DNA of 63,534 bases, the filler included, from Octopus bimaculoides (Eukaryota), in NCBI RefSeq assembly GCF_001194135.2. It is 8 parts of 8 records of this genome, joined end to end, with 100 filler letters (N's around TTAATTAATTAA, not from the genome) between each part and the next. Parts side by side here need not be neighbours in the genome. Positions count along the whole stretch, not along the records: positions 24,549 to 39,920 come from NC_068984.1; 7 more parts are not named here. One strand, 5' to 3'. The translations under genes and the position numbers were made by a program. The notes below the pieces were generated by a model, which was given only the letters and a program-made list of their open reading frames with translations, was not told the origin of the DNA and ran no database searches. This document shows positions 25,863-37,324 of this stretch, piece by piece. The number at the start of each line of letters is the position of its first letter. Positions within the stretch are counted from its first letter, which is position 1.

Positions 25863-26461
25863 TCCCTCTCTCTCTCTCTTACACTATCTCTCTCCCTCTC
25901 ATTATTTCTCTCTCTTTGTCGCACATTAATAAACAATGGCAATGTGTCTGTCCTTTTATTCATTTACCAGTTTCAGTCAGTAAACCCCGGTCATGCTGAA
26001 GCACTGCTCTAATATGTTGTTTTAGCTGATCACGTGAACTTCACTATTTATTATTCGGCCTGGCACTTATTTCATCGATTTTTATCGATATCTTTTGCAA
26101 ATCATTAAGTTTCATTTTGTCATAAAGGGACACGACACGATACGACACTGGTTTGCATAAAACCGGACCTCCCACGGCGACGGGTATAAACAGACATTAT
26201 CATACTATCTACCCAGTCGCACACACACAACAAACACAAACGCACACATATGCTCCCATACACACATATACACACACAAGGTCAATGAGAGCGGGTTTTA
26301 GCCGGTACACCGGCCCAGGACCAAGTGAACCAAAGAGGTATTCGTTTCCAATCGCAGGACAACACCGAAAAGAAATAAAGAAATGGCTCATTGCCATTAA
26401 ATTTTAAGAGTAGCCTTCTCCCGAAGCTTTGTATATACATATACCTATGCATGCATGCACA

Positions 26462-26498
<37 letters not shown>

Positions 26499-26936
26499 AT
26501 ATATATATATATATATATATATANNNNNNNNNNNNNNNNNNNNNNNNNNNNNNNNNNNNNNNNNNNNNNNNNNNNNNNNNNNNNNNNNNNNNNNNNNNNN
26601 NNNNNNNNNNNNNNNNNNNNNNNNNNNNNNNNNNNNNNNNNNNNNNNNNNNNNNNNNNNNNNNNNNNNNNNNNNNNNNNNNNNNNNNNNNNNNNNNNNNN
26701 NNNNNNNNNNNNNNNNNNNNNNNNNNNNNNNNNNNNNNNNNNNNNNNNNNNNNNNNNNNNNNNNNNNNNNNNNNNNNNNNNNNNNNNNNNNNNNNNNNNN
26801 NNNNNACGTATATATGTATGTATGTATGTATGCATGTATATATTTATTTATTTATACTTATAAATTGAGGGCATAATCATTAAAATGATAATATCAGAGG
26901 CTAGCGTATAAATAATAATCATATCGGTAAAATTAA

Positions 26937-27645
26937 TTTTTAAGTACATAATTATATAAATATAATTACAATTGAGGGCGCTGGAATGTCAGAGCCTATA
27001 CGCTAAAAGTAGATGTCAAATTTGTTTTCTATTTATAACCTAAGGCCGAATGCGAGGTAATGAGCAAAAAGATTTACAAATTTCGGATGATCCTATATCT
27101 TAAGATTTCGTGCTTTGTAATAAAGACTACTTTGCACTCCTCGGTAGAGATAAACCGTCAATATATAAGCGAAAATTACATTTACAAACCGATAAATTTT
27201 TATGTACAGATACCCATATATATATATGCATTTCCCGCATATACATCACATCTAATCCTCCATCTCGGCCATGTTGTTAATGTCAGAAATCATACGGAGT
27301 AAATATAGTAAATATAGGCGATGAGATGTAATATATACGCGGGAAATGCATGTATATATGGGTATCTGTAAGCAAAAATTTATCGGTTTGTATATGTATT
27401 TCTCGCTTGTATATTGTCGGTTTATCTCTACTGAGGAGTGCAAAGTAAACTTTACAGAGCACAAAATCTTAAGATATAGGATTATACGAAATTTGTAAAT
27501 CTTCTTGCTCATTGCCTCGCATTCGGCCTTGGGTTATAAATAGAGAACAAATTTAGAGTGAATGGTAGGTATTTTAAATCTACTTCTTGTGTATAGGCTC
27601 TGACATTCCAGCGTTCTTAATTATAATTATGTACTTTAAAAAAAT
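26937..27645. mobile_element. Long foldback/MITE-like element with ~310-bp inverted arms
   Basis: ~26937-27252 is reverse complementary to ~27322-27645; both strands give the same pseudo-ORF start MSKKIYKFR.ILYLKI. Confidence 0.8.
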
Positions 27646-27694
27646 ATATAGATATATACACGCATGCCCTTGCGCACACATACAATCATATATG

Positions 27695-27835
<141 letters not shown>

Positions 27836-28939
27836 AGTTTCAGTTCCATCTTAAGCTGATAGTAAGAGAAATCACAGATAGTGCTGTGCAACAGTATGAA
27901 AACCGCAATCACTTACCCGCAAAGCAAACTTATCAGCCACACAGTTATTCTTATGTCTATATTATATGAAAAATATTTCTTTACTTCAGAAAAGTTATAA
28001 GACTTAGATCAATGAAATATGGCTTCGTTCTCTTTTATTTCTTTCTTTCGAAAGTGAAAATTAGATAGGAGATATCTATTTAGTTTATTGTTTGTCTGTT
28101 GCTATAATATTAGATATCGAAGAAAGTATACTATCACTAAGTGAAACCCATAAAGCTGATGTAGTGTCAGATGAAAATTTGTTCTCGTTGTAAAAACAGA
28201 AAGGAAATATGTAATGAATACTTCGTAGCTTTCGAAAGATTTTGAAACTGTATTGTATGTTGATATGTGTTAATGTTTCGGCATTTTGTTTTAGTGTTTG
28301 TTGATGGTAATTGCAACAATAATGTCTTCATCTGCGAGTGTGAGAAGGCAGGGATCTGGCAGAATTGTTAGAGCGTCGAATAAAATTCCTAGTGATTTAT
28401 TTCTCGAGTCCTTACGTTCTGATCATTAAACAAAGTACTTGTGAAGTGTTAGGATCGATTGTATAGACGAACCCCATCGCATCAAACTGTTTGTATAATG
28501 CCAAAGCTAAAAGAAACCCAACTCGGTGGGTGGGAGAGCATATTTTTGACAATTTTAAATGTTTGTATCTGTATCTACACTTTACATTTGATGAAGTATC
28601 CTACGATTTAAAGATTACTCTAACGTCAGTGGGAGTTGGAATGTTATATTGCAAGTCATATGGAACTCCGGCTATTACAGGAGGGAACAGAATAAGCGCC
28701 TTCAAGATCTGAGTAGGAGCAACTGAGAAAGCATCTAGATGAATCTGGCTGGTAAGAGGCAATCAGTGAAGTCAGTACAATGCCATCTGGACACCTGGGT
28801 GAGTGTGTGTTGTAAGACTCGAAACGCACAATAACCCCAGGATACAACGCTGATGATGTGTCCAAGTATTGTATCAGTACACTTATGTTAAACTAAGGTT
28901 ACTCTACGAAATAGTGAATACTTTTTTCGTATTTGCTAT

Positions 28940-29135
28940 TAATAGCTGGTAGAATCATTTGCACGTCAGACAAAATCACCAGTGGCATTTGTTCCGTCAT
29001 TTTACGTTCTGAGTTCAAATTCCATTGTGGGCCAAATTTCCCTTTCATTTCTCTGGATTCGGTAAAATAAAGTACCAGTTAAGTAAGGGGTCGATGTAAT
29101 CGACTTGTCCTCACCCCTCAGAATTGCTGGTTATG
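28940..29135 (+). mobile_element. Family B tRNA-SINE, degenerate
   Basis: 'ttacgttctgagttcaaattcc...cctttcattt...taaaataaagtaccagtt...ggggtcgatgtaatcgact'. Confidence 0.75.
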
Positions 29136-29370
29136 AACTCTACAACGGACTGGCGTCCCGTTCAGGAAAAACGTTGTGATGTTGCTTACTTATACGCTAT
29201 GGAAAGCGGGTAACCAGCCTCGTGTAACCTAGGGCTCGAGAAACAAAAGTCGCTATTAAAGAAATCGTCAATAAAACTAGATACCGAATTGAAGCCGTAT
29301 ACTTGTTTCTAAATTATAAATACATTCATGAGTATATAAAATATATATATAATATATCTGCAGATGTAAT

Positions 29371-29575
29371 GAGGTGGCGAACAGGCAGAATCGTTCAGCA
29401 CACCGGGCAAAATGCTTATAAGCATTTCGTCCGTCTTCACGTTCTGAGTTCAAATTTCGCCTGTCGTACTTTCGGGGTCGATAAAATGAGTACCAATTGA
29501 ACACCGAGGTTGATGTAATCGAATAGTCCCCTCCCACGAAATTGCTGGCCTTGTGTCAAAATTTGAAACCAATAT
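29371..29575 (+). mobile_element. Family B tRNA-SINE
   Basis: 'gaggtggcgaacaggcagaatcgttcagcacaccgggcaaaatgctt...gagttcaaat...ggggtcgataaaatgagtacca'. Confidence 0.8.
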
Positions 29576-30144
29576 TTCTGTAGCTGCAATAAAACACTAT
29601 CAGTTAATGTTTCTGTCAATATACATCAGTCGAGAAACTGTGGAGAAAAATGGCGATCTCTTGTTTGATGAGAAAATATATATTTTTTAAAATACATTTC
29701 CAAGCTATCTAATCTCACTTAGCAGCGACCGCTAGATAATTTTAATCATTCATTTCTATTATGTTACATTGTTACTACTAACAATAATTCTTACTACTAA
29801 CAATGTAGTAACAATTATTGTTTTTCCATTAAGGATCATGTAAAATATCGAATTTAATATCTGAATACATGTTTGTTCGATTTTTGCCAATGATTTACTC
29901 TATTATCTAGTTTATCTCGTTTTTATTCAAAACCAGCATATTTTGACCTTAAAATCTTATCTCTATCTGCCTTTATTTGATGAACGATAGAGATTGTCAG
30001 AAGGTTAATTTATTATCAGATAAACAAGGAAGTGTTGTAAGTATGACTCAAGGAACTATTTTTATTATTATAAATTGGCATTAAAAGATTAAAATTTGTA
30101 AATGTTCTGCCAATCTTCCTTTGAAGTGATCGAAAACATTGCCG

Positions 30145-30180
<36 letters not shown>

Positions 30181-30580
30181 GTTTATGTTTTTTTTTGTTT
30201 TTTTCTTTTTTTTTTTGTACTTGACACATCAGACATATTTCGTACCACAGAGAATTATATTAAACAGATGCATTTCCCAAGGTCATTAACATCAGAGACG
30301 TAGAGATTTCGTTTCCGTTGGAATGTGAATGCGGTGTCGAAATAAATGTTCCAGACTAAGATTGGATATTTATTATATATCGCAGTTGGTGAACTATAGC
30401 GTCGTTGGTTTCTGATGTTTGATATGCCAATCACTGGTTCACCATATTTCCGCCAACGAAATGAGTAATGCCAAATAATATCATTTTATTTATATATTTA
30501 TTTATATATTTATTTATTCATTTATCAACGCATATATCCTTCACCAATATACAACGGTGAAAAGAATGAACATATACGCC

Positions 30581-30629
<49 letters not shown>

Positions 30630-30948
30630 NNNNNNNNNNCTTTTTGTATGCATATATATTTGTGTGTGTATAAATACATACATACATACATACATACATA
30701 CATACATACATACATACATACATACATGCGCACGCACGTGTGACGGGTTTCTTCCACAATAGTTTCTGCCAGACAAATTGCAAATACTTCACTCACAATG
30801 CCTTGCTCGAACTCGGCACTACTTGACAGCTGGCGAAGTTCTGAAGCAATATTCGGAATAGTGATCGATAACTATAGCGCATTATCCTTGTTTTCATTTT
30901 ATTACTGTTCTGATACTATTTATGATGCGCTCAATATTCAGTCCTGGT

Positions 30949-31115
30949 GAGGCGGCGAGCTGGCAGAAACGTTAGCACGCCGGGCGAAATGCTTAGCGGT
31001 ATTTCGTCTGTCTTTACGTTCTGAGTTCAAATTCCGCCGAGGTCGACTTTGCCTTTCATCCTTTCGACTGGCCCCCACCCCCAAAATTTCGGGCCTTGTG
31101 AATAGAGTAGAAAAG
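30949..31115 (+). mobile_element. Family B tRNA-SINE with internal deletion and 16-bp target-site duplication
   Basis: Flanked by aatattcagtcctggt (30933-30948) and aatattcagtcttggt (31116-31131); head is nearly identical to the 35297 copy. Confidence 0.9.
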
Positions 31116-31657
31116 AATATTCAGTCTTGGTACACAGTCGACTTCTTATCAACTCATACAACTGGCTGATCTCATCCTAACATCCGGACAAACTATGACT
31201 GCTAAAGAACCATATTTTATACAAGGCTCAACAATGTTTAATCCATTCTCATGCCCAATACCCTCACTCCCTCTTTCTTTCTTCTCCTTTCTCACTTTTC
31301 CTCTCCTTCTCTCTCTCTCCGTCAGGATTTCCCTCTTTTACCATTTTCCTCTCCAAGAAGAATGCAGCCATATTACTTACATATTCCTCTTACTTTTCAC
31401 TTACTTTTCATTTCTCGTTTCAATGCACGTTACTCCATCAACCAACAGGAAGCATGTATCCATCGTATTGACAGCTTCTACCTCTCTACTTAGTGGAATA
31501 CTTTTCGTTTTAATGTATTTCTGCAACAAATCTGACATCCGAATCTTCAAACTCAATATTATTATTAATAACGTTAATCTCCTACATTTATCCACGTATC
31601 TTATAAGGCAGCTCCCACAAATTAAGAGCTCATATATATATATATATATATACATAT

Positions 31658-31882
31658 GGAAGTGCAATGGCCCAGTGGTTAGGGCAGCGGACTCGTGGTT
31701 ATAGGATCGCGGTTTCGATTCCGAGACCTGGTGTTGTGAGTGTTTATTGAGCGAAAACACCTAAAGCTCCACGAGGCTCCGGCAGGGGATGGTGGCGAAC
31801 CCTGCTGTACTCTTTCACCACAACTTTCTCTCACTCTTACTTCCTGTTTCTGTTGTGCCTGTAATTCAAAGGGTCAGCCTTG
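31658..31882 (+). mobile_element. tRNA-SINE (family H), cut by a gap
   Basis: A-box TGGCCCAGTGG, B-box GGTTTCGATTCC; the last bases 'aattcaaagggtcagccttg' match the reverse of 34914-34935. Confidence 0.8.
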
Positions 31883-33073
31883 NNNNNNNNNNNNNNNNNN
31901 NNNNNNNNNNNNNNNNNNNNNNNNNNNNNNNNNNNNNNNNNNNNNNNNNNNNNNNNNNNNNNNNNNNNNNNNNNNNNNNNNNNNNNNNNNNNNNNNNNNN
32001 NNNNNNNNNNNNNNNNNNNNNNNNNNNNNNNNNNNNNNNNNNNNNNNNNNNNNNNNNNNNNNNNNNNNNNNNNNNNNNNNNNNNNNNNNNNNNNNNNNNN
32101 NNNNNNNNNNNNNNNNNNNNNNNNNNNNNNNNNNNNNNNNNNNNNNNNNNNNNNNNNNNNNNNNNNNNNNNNNNNNNNNNNNNNNNNNNNNNNNNNNNNN
32201 NNNNNNNNNNNNNNNNNNNNNNNNNNNNNNNNNNNNNNNNNNNNNNNNNNNNNNNNNNNNNNNNNNNNNNNNNNNNNNNNNNNNNNNNNNNNNNNNNNNN
32301 NNNNNNNNNNNNNNNNNNNNNNNNNCAGTTACTTACAAAAGCAATTAAGACAAAGCAAAACAATTAATCAACAGTTCAGAAATTTATTATTAAAATGGTT
32401 CTAGTTAATTAACGTTAATAACAATAAGATGCTATGGTAAACAATAGTAAATTAATTACCGATACTGTTCGAATTGCAAGCCGCCTGCTTCAATGCATTC
32501 CCTACAACGTGAGAGAACGCTTTAAAAAATGTCATGACACAAATGGTTCTGATGGCTTAAGTCTGCAAATGCAAAGACGCTCAGCTAAAGTCAGTTGGTG
32601 AGATATGATTAAAAATGACACTCGAGATCAAGCATTAAGTTAGATAATAGATTACGTAAACTTCTCTCATTGGTCAGATTAACTTCCGATAGGCTACAAT
32701 TATAAACCAACTTTGATGATTTGTAAGCTATAGTCGTGAACCGGTGTTGTGTGTATTGCTTTGCCTTTTTTCTGATTCTGCTTCACTTTTTTGTTATAAG
32801 TAACTGTTTTGTGACTTTATTGCTACACTGTATATATGTATATCTATCTATCTATCTACCTACCTATCGATCTATCTATCTATCTATCATCATGACTGAA
32901 ATACGTAAAAGAATGAAAGAATATATTTATGCATCATGCAAATATGTATATATGTATTATGTATGCATGAGTATACATATATATATATATATGTTTACCT
33001 ATTATATATATATATTATATATATACATATTATACATATATATATACATATATATATATATACATATTATATA

Positions 33074-33125
<52 letters not shown>

Positions 33126-33247
33126 TCAATTTGGGTATAATCCTTGTAGTTTACATTTTGTCCACTTTCATATATATATATGCATATGTGTTTGTGCGTG
33201 TGTGTTTGTGTGTGCTCATGTGTGTGTTCATGTGTGTGTTCATGTGT

Positions 33248-33287
<40 letters not shown>

Positions 33288-34489
33288 TCGTATAGACATA
33301 CATCCATACATATCTCCCATTTTCTTTTTCTCTCTTTCTTTATAAGAGACTTTTGCTTGGAAATATTGGAGTGCTCAGCAACAACGGATTTAATACCAAC
33401 AATCATTAGCAAAGCTTTCAAGAAATTTTGATTTCTGACAGGGAAACCATTAATTTCTTCTGTCATATCATGGTTCTAAATATATGTGGTTGACTTCTTT
33501 TAGTTTTATGTCTGTATTGCAAACATAAAAGATAAATTAGGCCCATTGTTATATGATAACACATGAAATCATAACAACGTGTATATATTATAGTGATTGG
33601 ATATTTGGCTACTTCCTGATACTTTTGTATTTTTCCCAGTATGATATCATAAACGTATAACTTTTTATGATTTCATATAAAAATCTCTAAACGTCTGTAG
33701 TTAGTGAGTCTTCTTCTGGGAATTAGAAATACACTTTTCAGCACAAAAATAAATATCTGTCGCTTTGAGACCCTGTGTCTCATGAAATGTACCTTCTATT
33801 TGCTATAGAATATTTTGATATTGAAAATTATCTCGGATTTGAATGGATGTAGTAAAATGTCTAACGTTTTTATTAACCCAGTGATTAGACCATAACTTTA
33901 AAAACAGTTCTTATGTATAAAATATGATGAGGGACGCGACCTCTTTAAAATAAACTGTTTGACAGAACCAGACACGGCCTCAGATGTATTGCTATCGCTA
34001 TTAAGAATTAAGTATTTTTGCACTGAGTTTAAATGTCCTTCTCTATCCAGATAAGGTTTCACTTTTCTTCATTTTATTGCTATGTATTTAGAATAGATAG
34101 AATTTGATCACTAAACGACTTGCATCTTCCAACAGTGCTGCTTTCTCTGTCTCTCTATATTTCCGATTATATAAGGTCTGATATTTAACAATTATTTGCT
34201 CGTCTTCTGTCTACTCTTGAAGCCACTCATTCTTACCCAAATACACACACGGGCATACCTACACATATATACACACGGAATCACACATAGAAACACACAA
34301 ACACAAACACACCTATAAACATCCTTTCTCATCTAAGACTTGCACAAGACCAATCCCGTTCTGTAAGCAATGTATGCATTTTCCCAAAAGGAAGAACTAA
34401 TCTACATGTTTGAATATAAGTTGCAGGTATTATAACAGAGTTTTCCTTCATCTGAACAAAGACTAGAGATCTCTCACTCCTAGGTATTG

Positions 34490-34740
34490 GATGGTTGTTG
34501 ACTTTATTAAGTTCTTCCCTGTATACTGAGTAGCCGATGGTAAATGTATGTAAGTGATGTTGATGTATTTGAATGCAGTCAGTCAACCAGTTTAGTCTCT
34601 AGTACTTCTGCACTGATTTCGAAGGATTGGTCATATAATCAGAATGGAAGCTGATCGTATCCCTAAGCAATTTCAGTACGGTGAGTTAGCCAAATGTAAA
34701 AGACCAGCACCCAAACTGAAATATAGGTATACTGACACTT
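34490..34740 (+). mobile_element. Decayed RTE-clade LINE C-terminal fragment
   Basis: Reads RRIGHIIRMEADRIPKQFQYGEL...RYTD, resembling the RTE/BovB motif GH..RM...RIPKQ.LYGEL. Confidence 0.7.
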
Positions 34741-34755
34741 CTTGTCATCTCATAA

Positions 34756-35083
34756 TTGGCACTCCGTCGGTTAATACGACGAGGGCTCCAGTTGATTCGA
34801 TCGATGGGACAGCCTACTCATGAAATTAAAACATGCAAGTGGTTGGAGTACTCCACAGACAGACATACCCTTAACGTAGCTCTAAGGGAGATTCAGCGTG
34901 ATACAGAATATGACAAGGCAGGCCCTTTGAAATTCAGGAACAACTCATTTCTACCAGCTGAGTGGATTGGACCGACGTGAAATAAAGCGTCTTGCTCAAG
35001 GACACAACACACTGCTGGGAATCGAACTCGCGATCTAACGATCGTGAGTCGAATACCTTAACCACTAAGCCATGTGCCTTCAC
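34756..35083 (-). mobile_element. Full-length tRNA-SINE (family C)
   Basis: Reverse strand: TGGCTTAGTGG A-box, GAGTTCGATTCC B-box, central TGTGTCCTTGAGCAAGAC, 3' end CGACGGAGTGCCAA. Confidence 0.85.
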
Positions 35084-35296
35084 TAATGTATAAGACTGGA
35101 AAAGATCAAAATCTTGGCAAATGTATGGGAAAACCTCGCTCTAGAGGAAAGTAGTGCATGGTGAGAGGAGGTAATTTGAACAAAATCGTATCAAGCTTGA
35201 ACATCTCAAGAGAGATGTTCGTAAGGGTCACGATTTGAATTCGCTTGAATATGTTGGCGCTCAGCTCAGTTTTACAAATAACAAATACGAGTGCGA

Positions 35297-35530
35297 AGGC
35301 GGCGAGATGGCAGAAACGTTAGCACATCGGGCGAAATGCTTAGTGGTATTTCGTCTGCCGTTACGTTCTGAGTTCAAATTCCGCCGAGGTCGACTTCACC
35401 TTTCATCCTTTCGGGATCGATAAATTAAGTACCAGTTACACACTGGGGTCGATGTAATCGACTTAACCCCTTTGTCTGTCCTTGTTTGTCTCCTCTATGT
35501 TTAGCCCCTTGTGAGCAATAAGGAAATAAG
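35297..35530 (+). mobile_element. Full-length family B tRNA-SINE
   Basis: GGCGGCGAGATGGCAGAA head, GAGTTCAAATTCC B-box, central CCTTTCATCCTTTCGGGATCGATAAATTAAGTACCAG (resembles the MetaSINE-type domain from memory), A-rich tail. Confidence 0.9.
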
Positions 35531-35593
35531 AAACGTTAACATCCGCTGAGCAGCTAATTTCCACAACTGTGCACAGTTTCTCTGTATGTATAC

Positions 35594-35812
35594 CTTGTTT
35601 TCAAACTCTTTATATTTTCCTTTCTCATTAGCAGCAGGCAACAGAACCCTCGGTTTCCTCCGAGCACTATCTGATGCACCCGTTTCATAACCTTCAGTTT
35701 CCTGTCGGGAAGAGGTCTTTGCTGTAGCATTTATCGATCCACTATGGTTTGCGTCCGGGAATGATTTGCCACGTGTTTTACGATCAAATGATCCACACTG
35801 CTTTGTCCTCTC
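35594..35812 (-). CDS. Candidate internal coding exon of an unidentified host gene (73 codons, phase 0/0)
   Basis: Acceptor ...atatacacag| and donor AAG|gtatac; 219 bp, only one frame open: [18 protein letters not shown]...KYKEFENK; GC-richer than flanks; not similar to other repeats in the window. Confidence 0.45.
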
Positions 35813-35878
35813 CTGTGTATATGTGTGTGAAAGATAGATAGATAGATCGATAGATAGATAGATAGATAGATAGACAGG

Positions 35879-35918
<40 letters not shown>

Positions 35919-36877
35919 CAGGTAGATAGATAGATAGATAGATAGATATGATGTTCATGTGTTTGTGTGTGAAAGTGTCTCGTACAGATACTTTCACACA
36001 CAAACACATGAACATGTGTTAAGCGTAAGTCGTACTTGTCAGCGTATGTTGTACATATCGTCAAGAAATTACTGATAAATCGGTGCGTTGAAATAATATT
36101 GTGCTACATTGTAGTGTTCATTTCATCTGAGTTGCACTGATATTCCCATGTGACTCTCACCATAGAAAATGCTGTGAACCAGTAGCTGGCGTGTCAGAAA
36201 CCTATAACCTATTACTATTGTTTCATAAATATATATAAATAAAACGAAAAATGAAATCCATTTCGTGTTGTGAAGCGAGATAAAAATTGCATTCTTATCC
36301 GAAATTAGACTACTTAAATTGATTATTTTAGCATAAATTTTTATAAACCTTAATAATTTAATTAATGTATATTTGTAACACAGCAGTCTTGCTGCCTTCT
36401 TGACTTTCTCATATTTGTTTGTTTTACTTTTATTTCCTTTCCGCCTTTAGAAACTCTTAAGTTGATTAATATATACATCAATGAACATGCCCTACTAAAA
36501 CAATCTTTCTAGCAATGATAGTAAGTGTTGTTATATATCTGCAGTTTGTGAGATAAAAAGGAGAAAAAAGTGTGCACTGTAATAAAATCGATATCCGAGT
36601 GGTTAGGTAGGAAGGACGTTGTCGATTGATTGACGGTTTAAGAAAGACATGGAATGAAACATACTTTGACATCTTAAATGTGTTTTATGTATTATTATTT
36701 ATTTATTCATTTATTTATTTATTTGCAGCTGTGTGATTCAATCGATTCAATATTGCGTTGTTAAATTTTGTATCAGAAAATACTTATTAACACAATCTGA
36801 AACTGTTCAGGATCATGTAGCAACATGTTACAAATGTTATGACCGGTGTTATTGTTGTTTTGTATGGTGACACTCAC

Positions 36878-36963
36878 AGCTCGAAATTTGCTTTCGAAAT
36901 CCACTTGATGTTTGCTTCGCCAGCTTCACGGATTGGTCCATAGTCCTTCCAGATCGAATTGAT
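36878..36963 (-). CDS. Candidate 86-bp exon
   Basis: Acceptor gttgctctttcag| and donor CT|gtgagt; two open frames (INSIWKDYGP... or SIRSGRTMDQSV...). Confidence 0.35.
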
Positions 36964-37027
36964 CTGAAAGAGCAACGTTAATTGGCACGTACCTTGAAAG
37001 AACACTTAACATACTGGTCTCATAGGG

Positions 37028-37324
37028 CAGCGGTGTCCAAACTTTCTAGCACCACAAACCGGTTTCATGCAATGCAATTTTCAACAGACCGAGATATCAC
37101 GTCTATTACAAAACACACTCAATAAAATATATTTTAAATAGTTTAATTACTATGAATATAATACAAATATTACCACATATATGACACATATATAATGCAA
37201 AAACACCCTACAGACTGCGTTAGTCAAAATAGAAACAAAATTTTTAAATGTGTTCTTTCTGTGCAGCCTGATACTAAATGATCCACATGATACTGGTCCA
37301 CGGCCCAGGATTTAGGATCTTCTG
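37028..37324. mobile_element. hAT (Charlie-like) non-autonomous element, degenerate
   Basis: Starts CAGCGGTGTCCAAACTTT and ends '...ccacggcccaggatttaggatcttctg', resembling hAT-Charlie termini; 8-bp TSD only 4/8 conserved. Confidence 0.45.
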
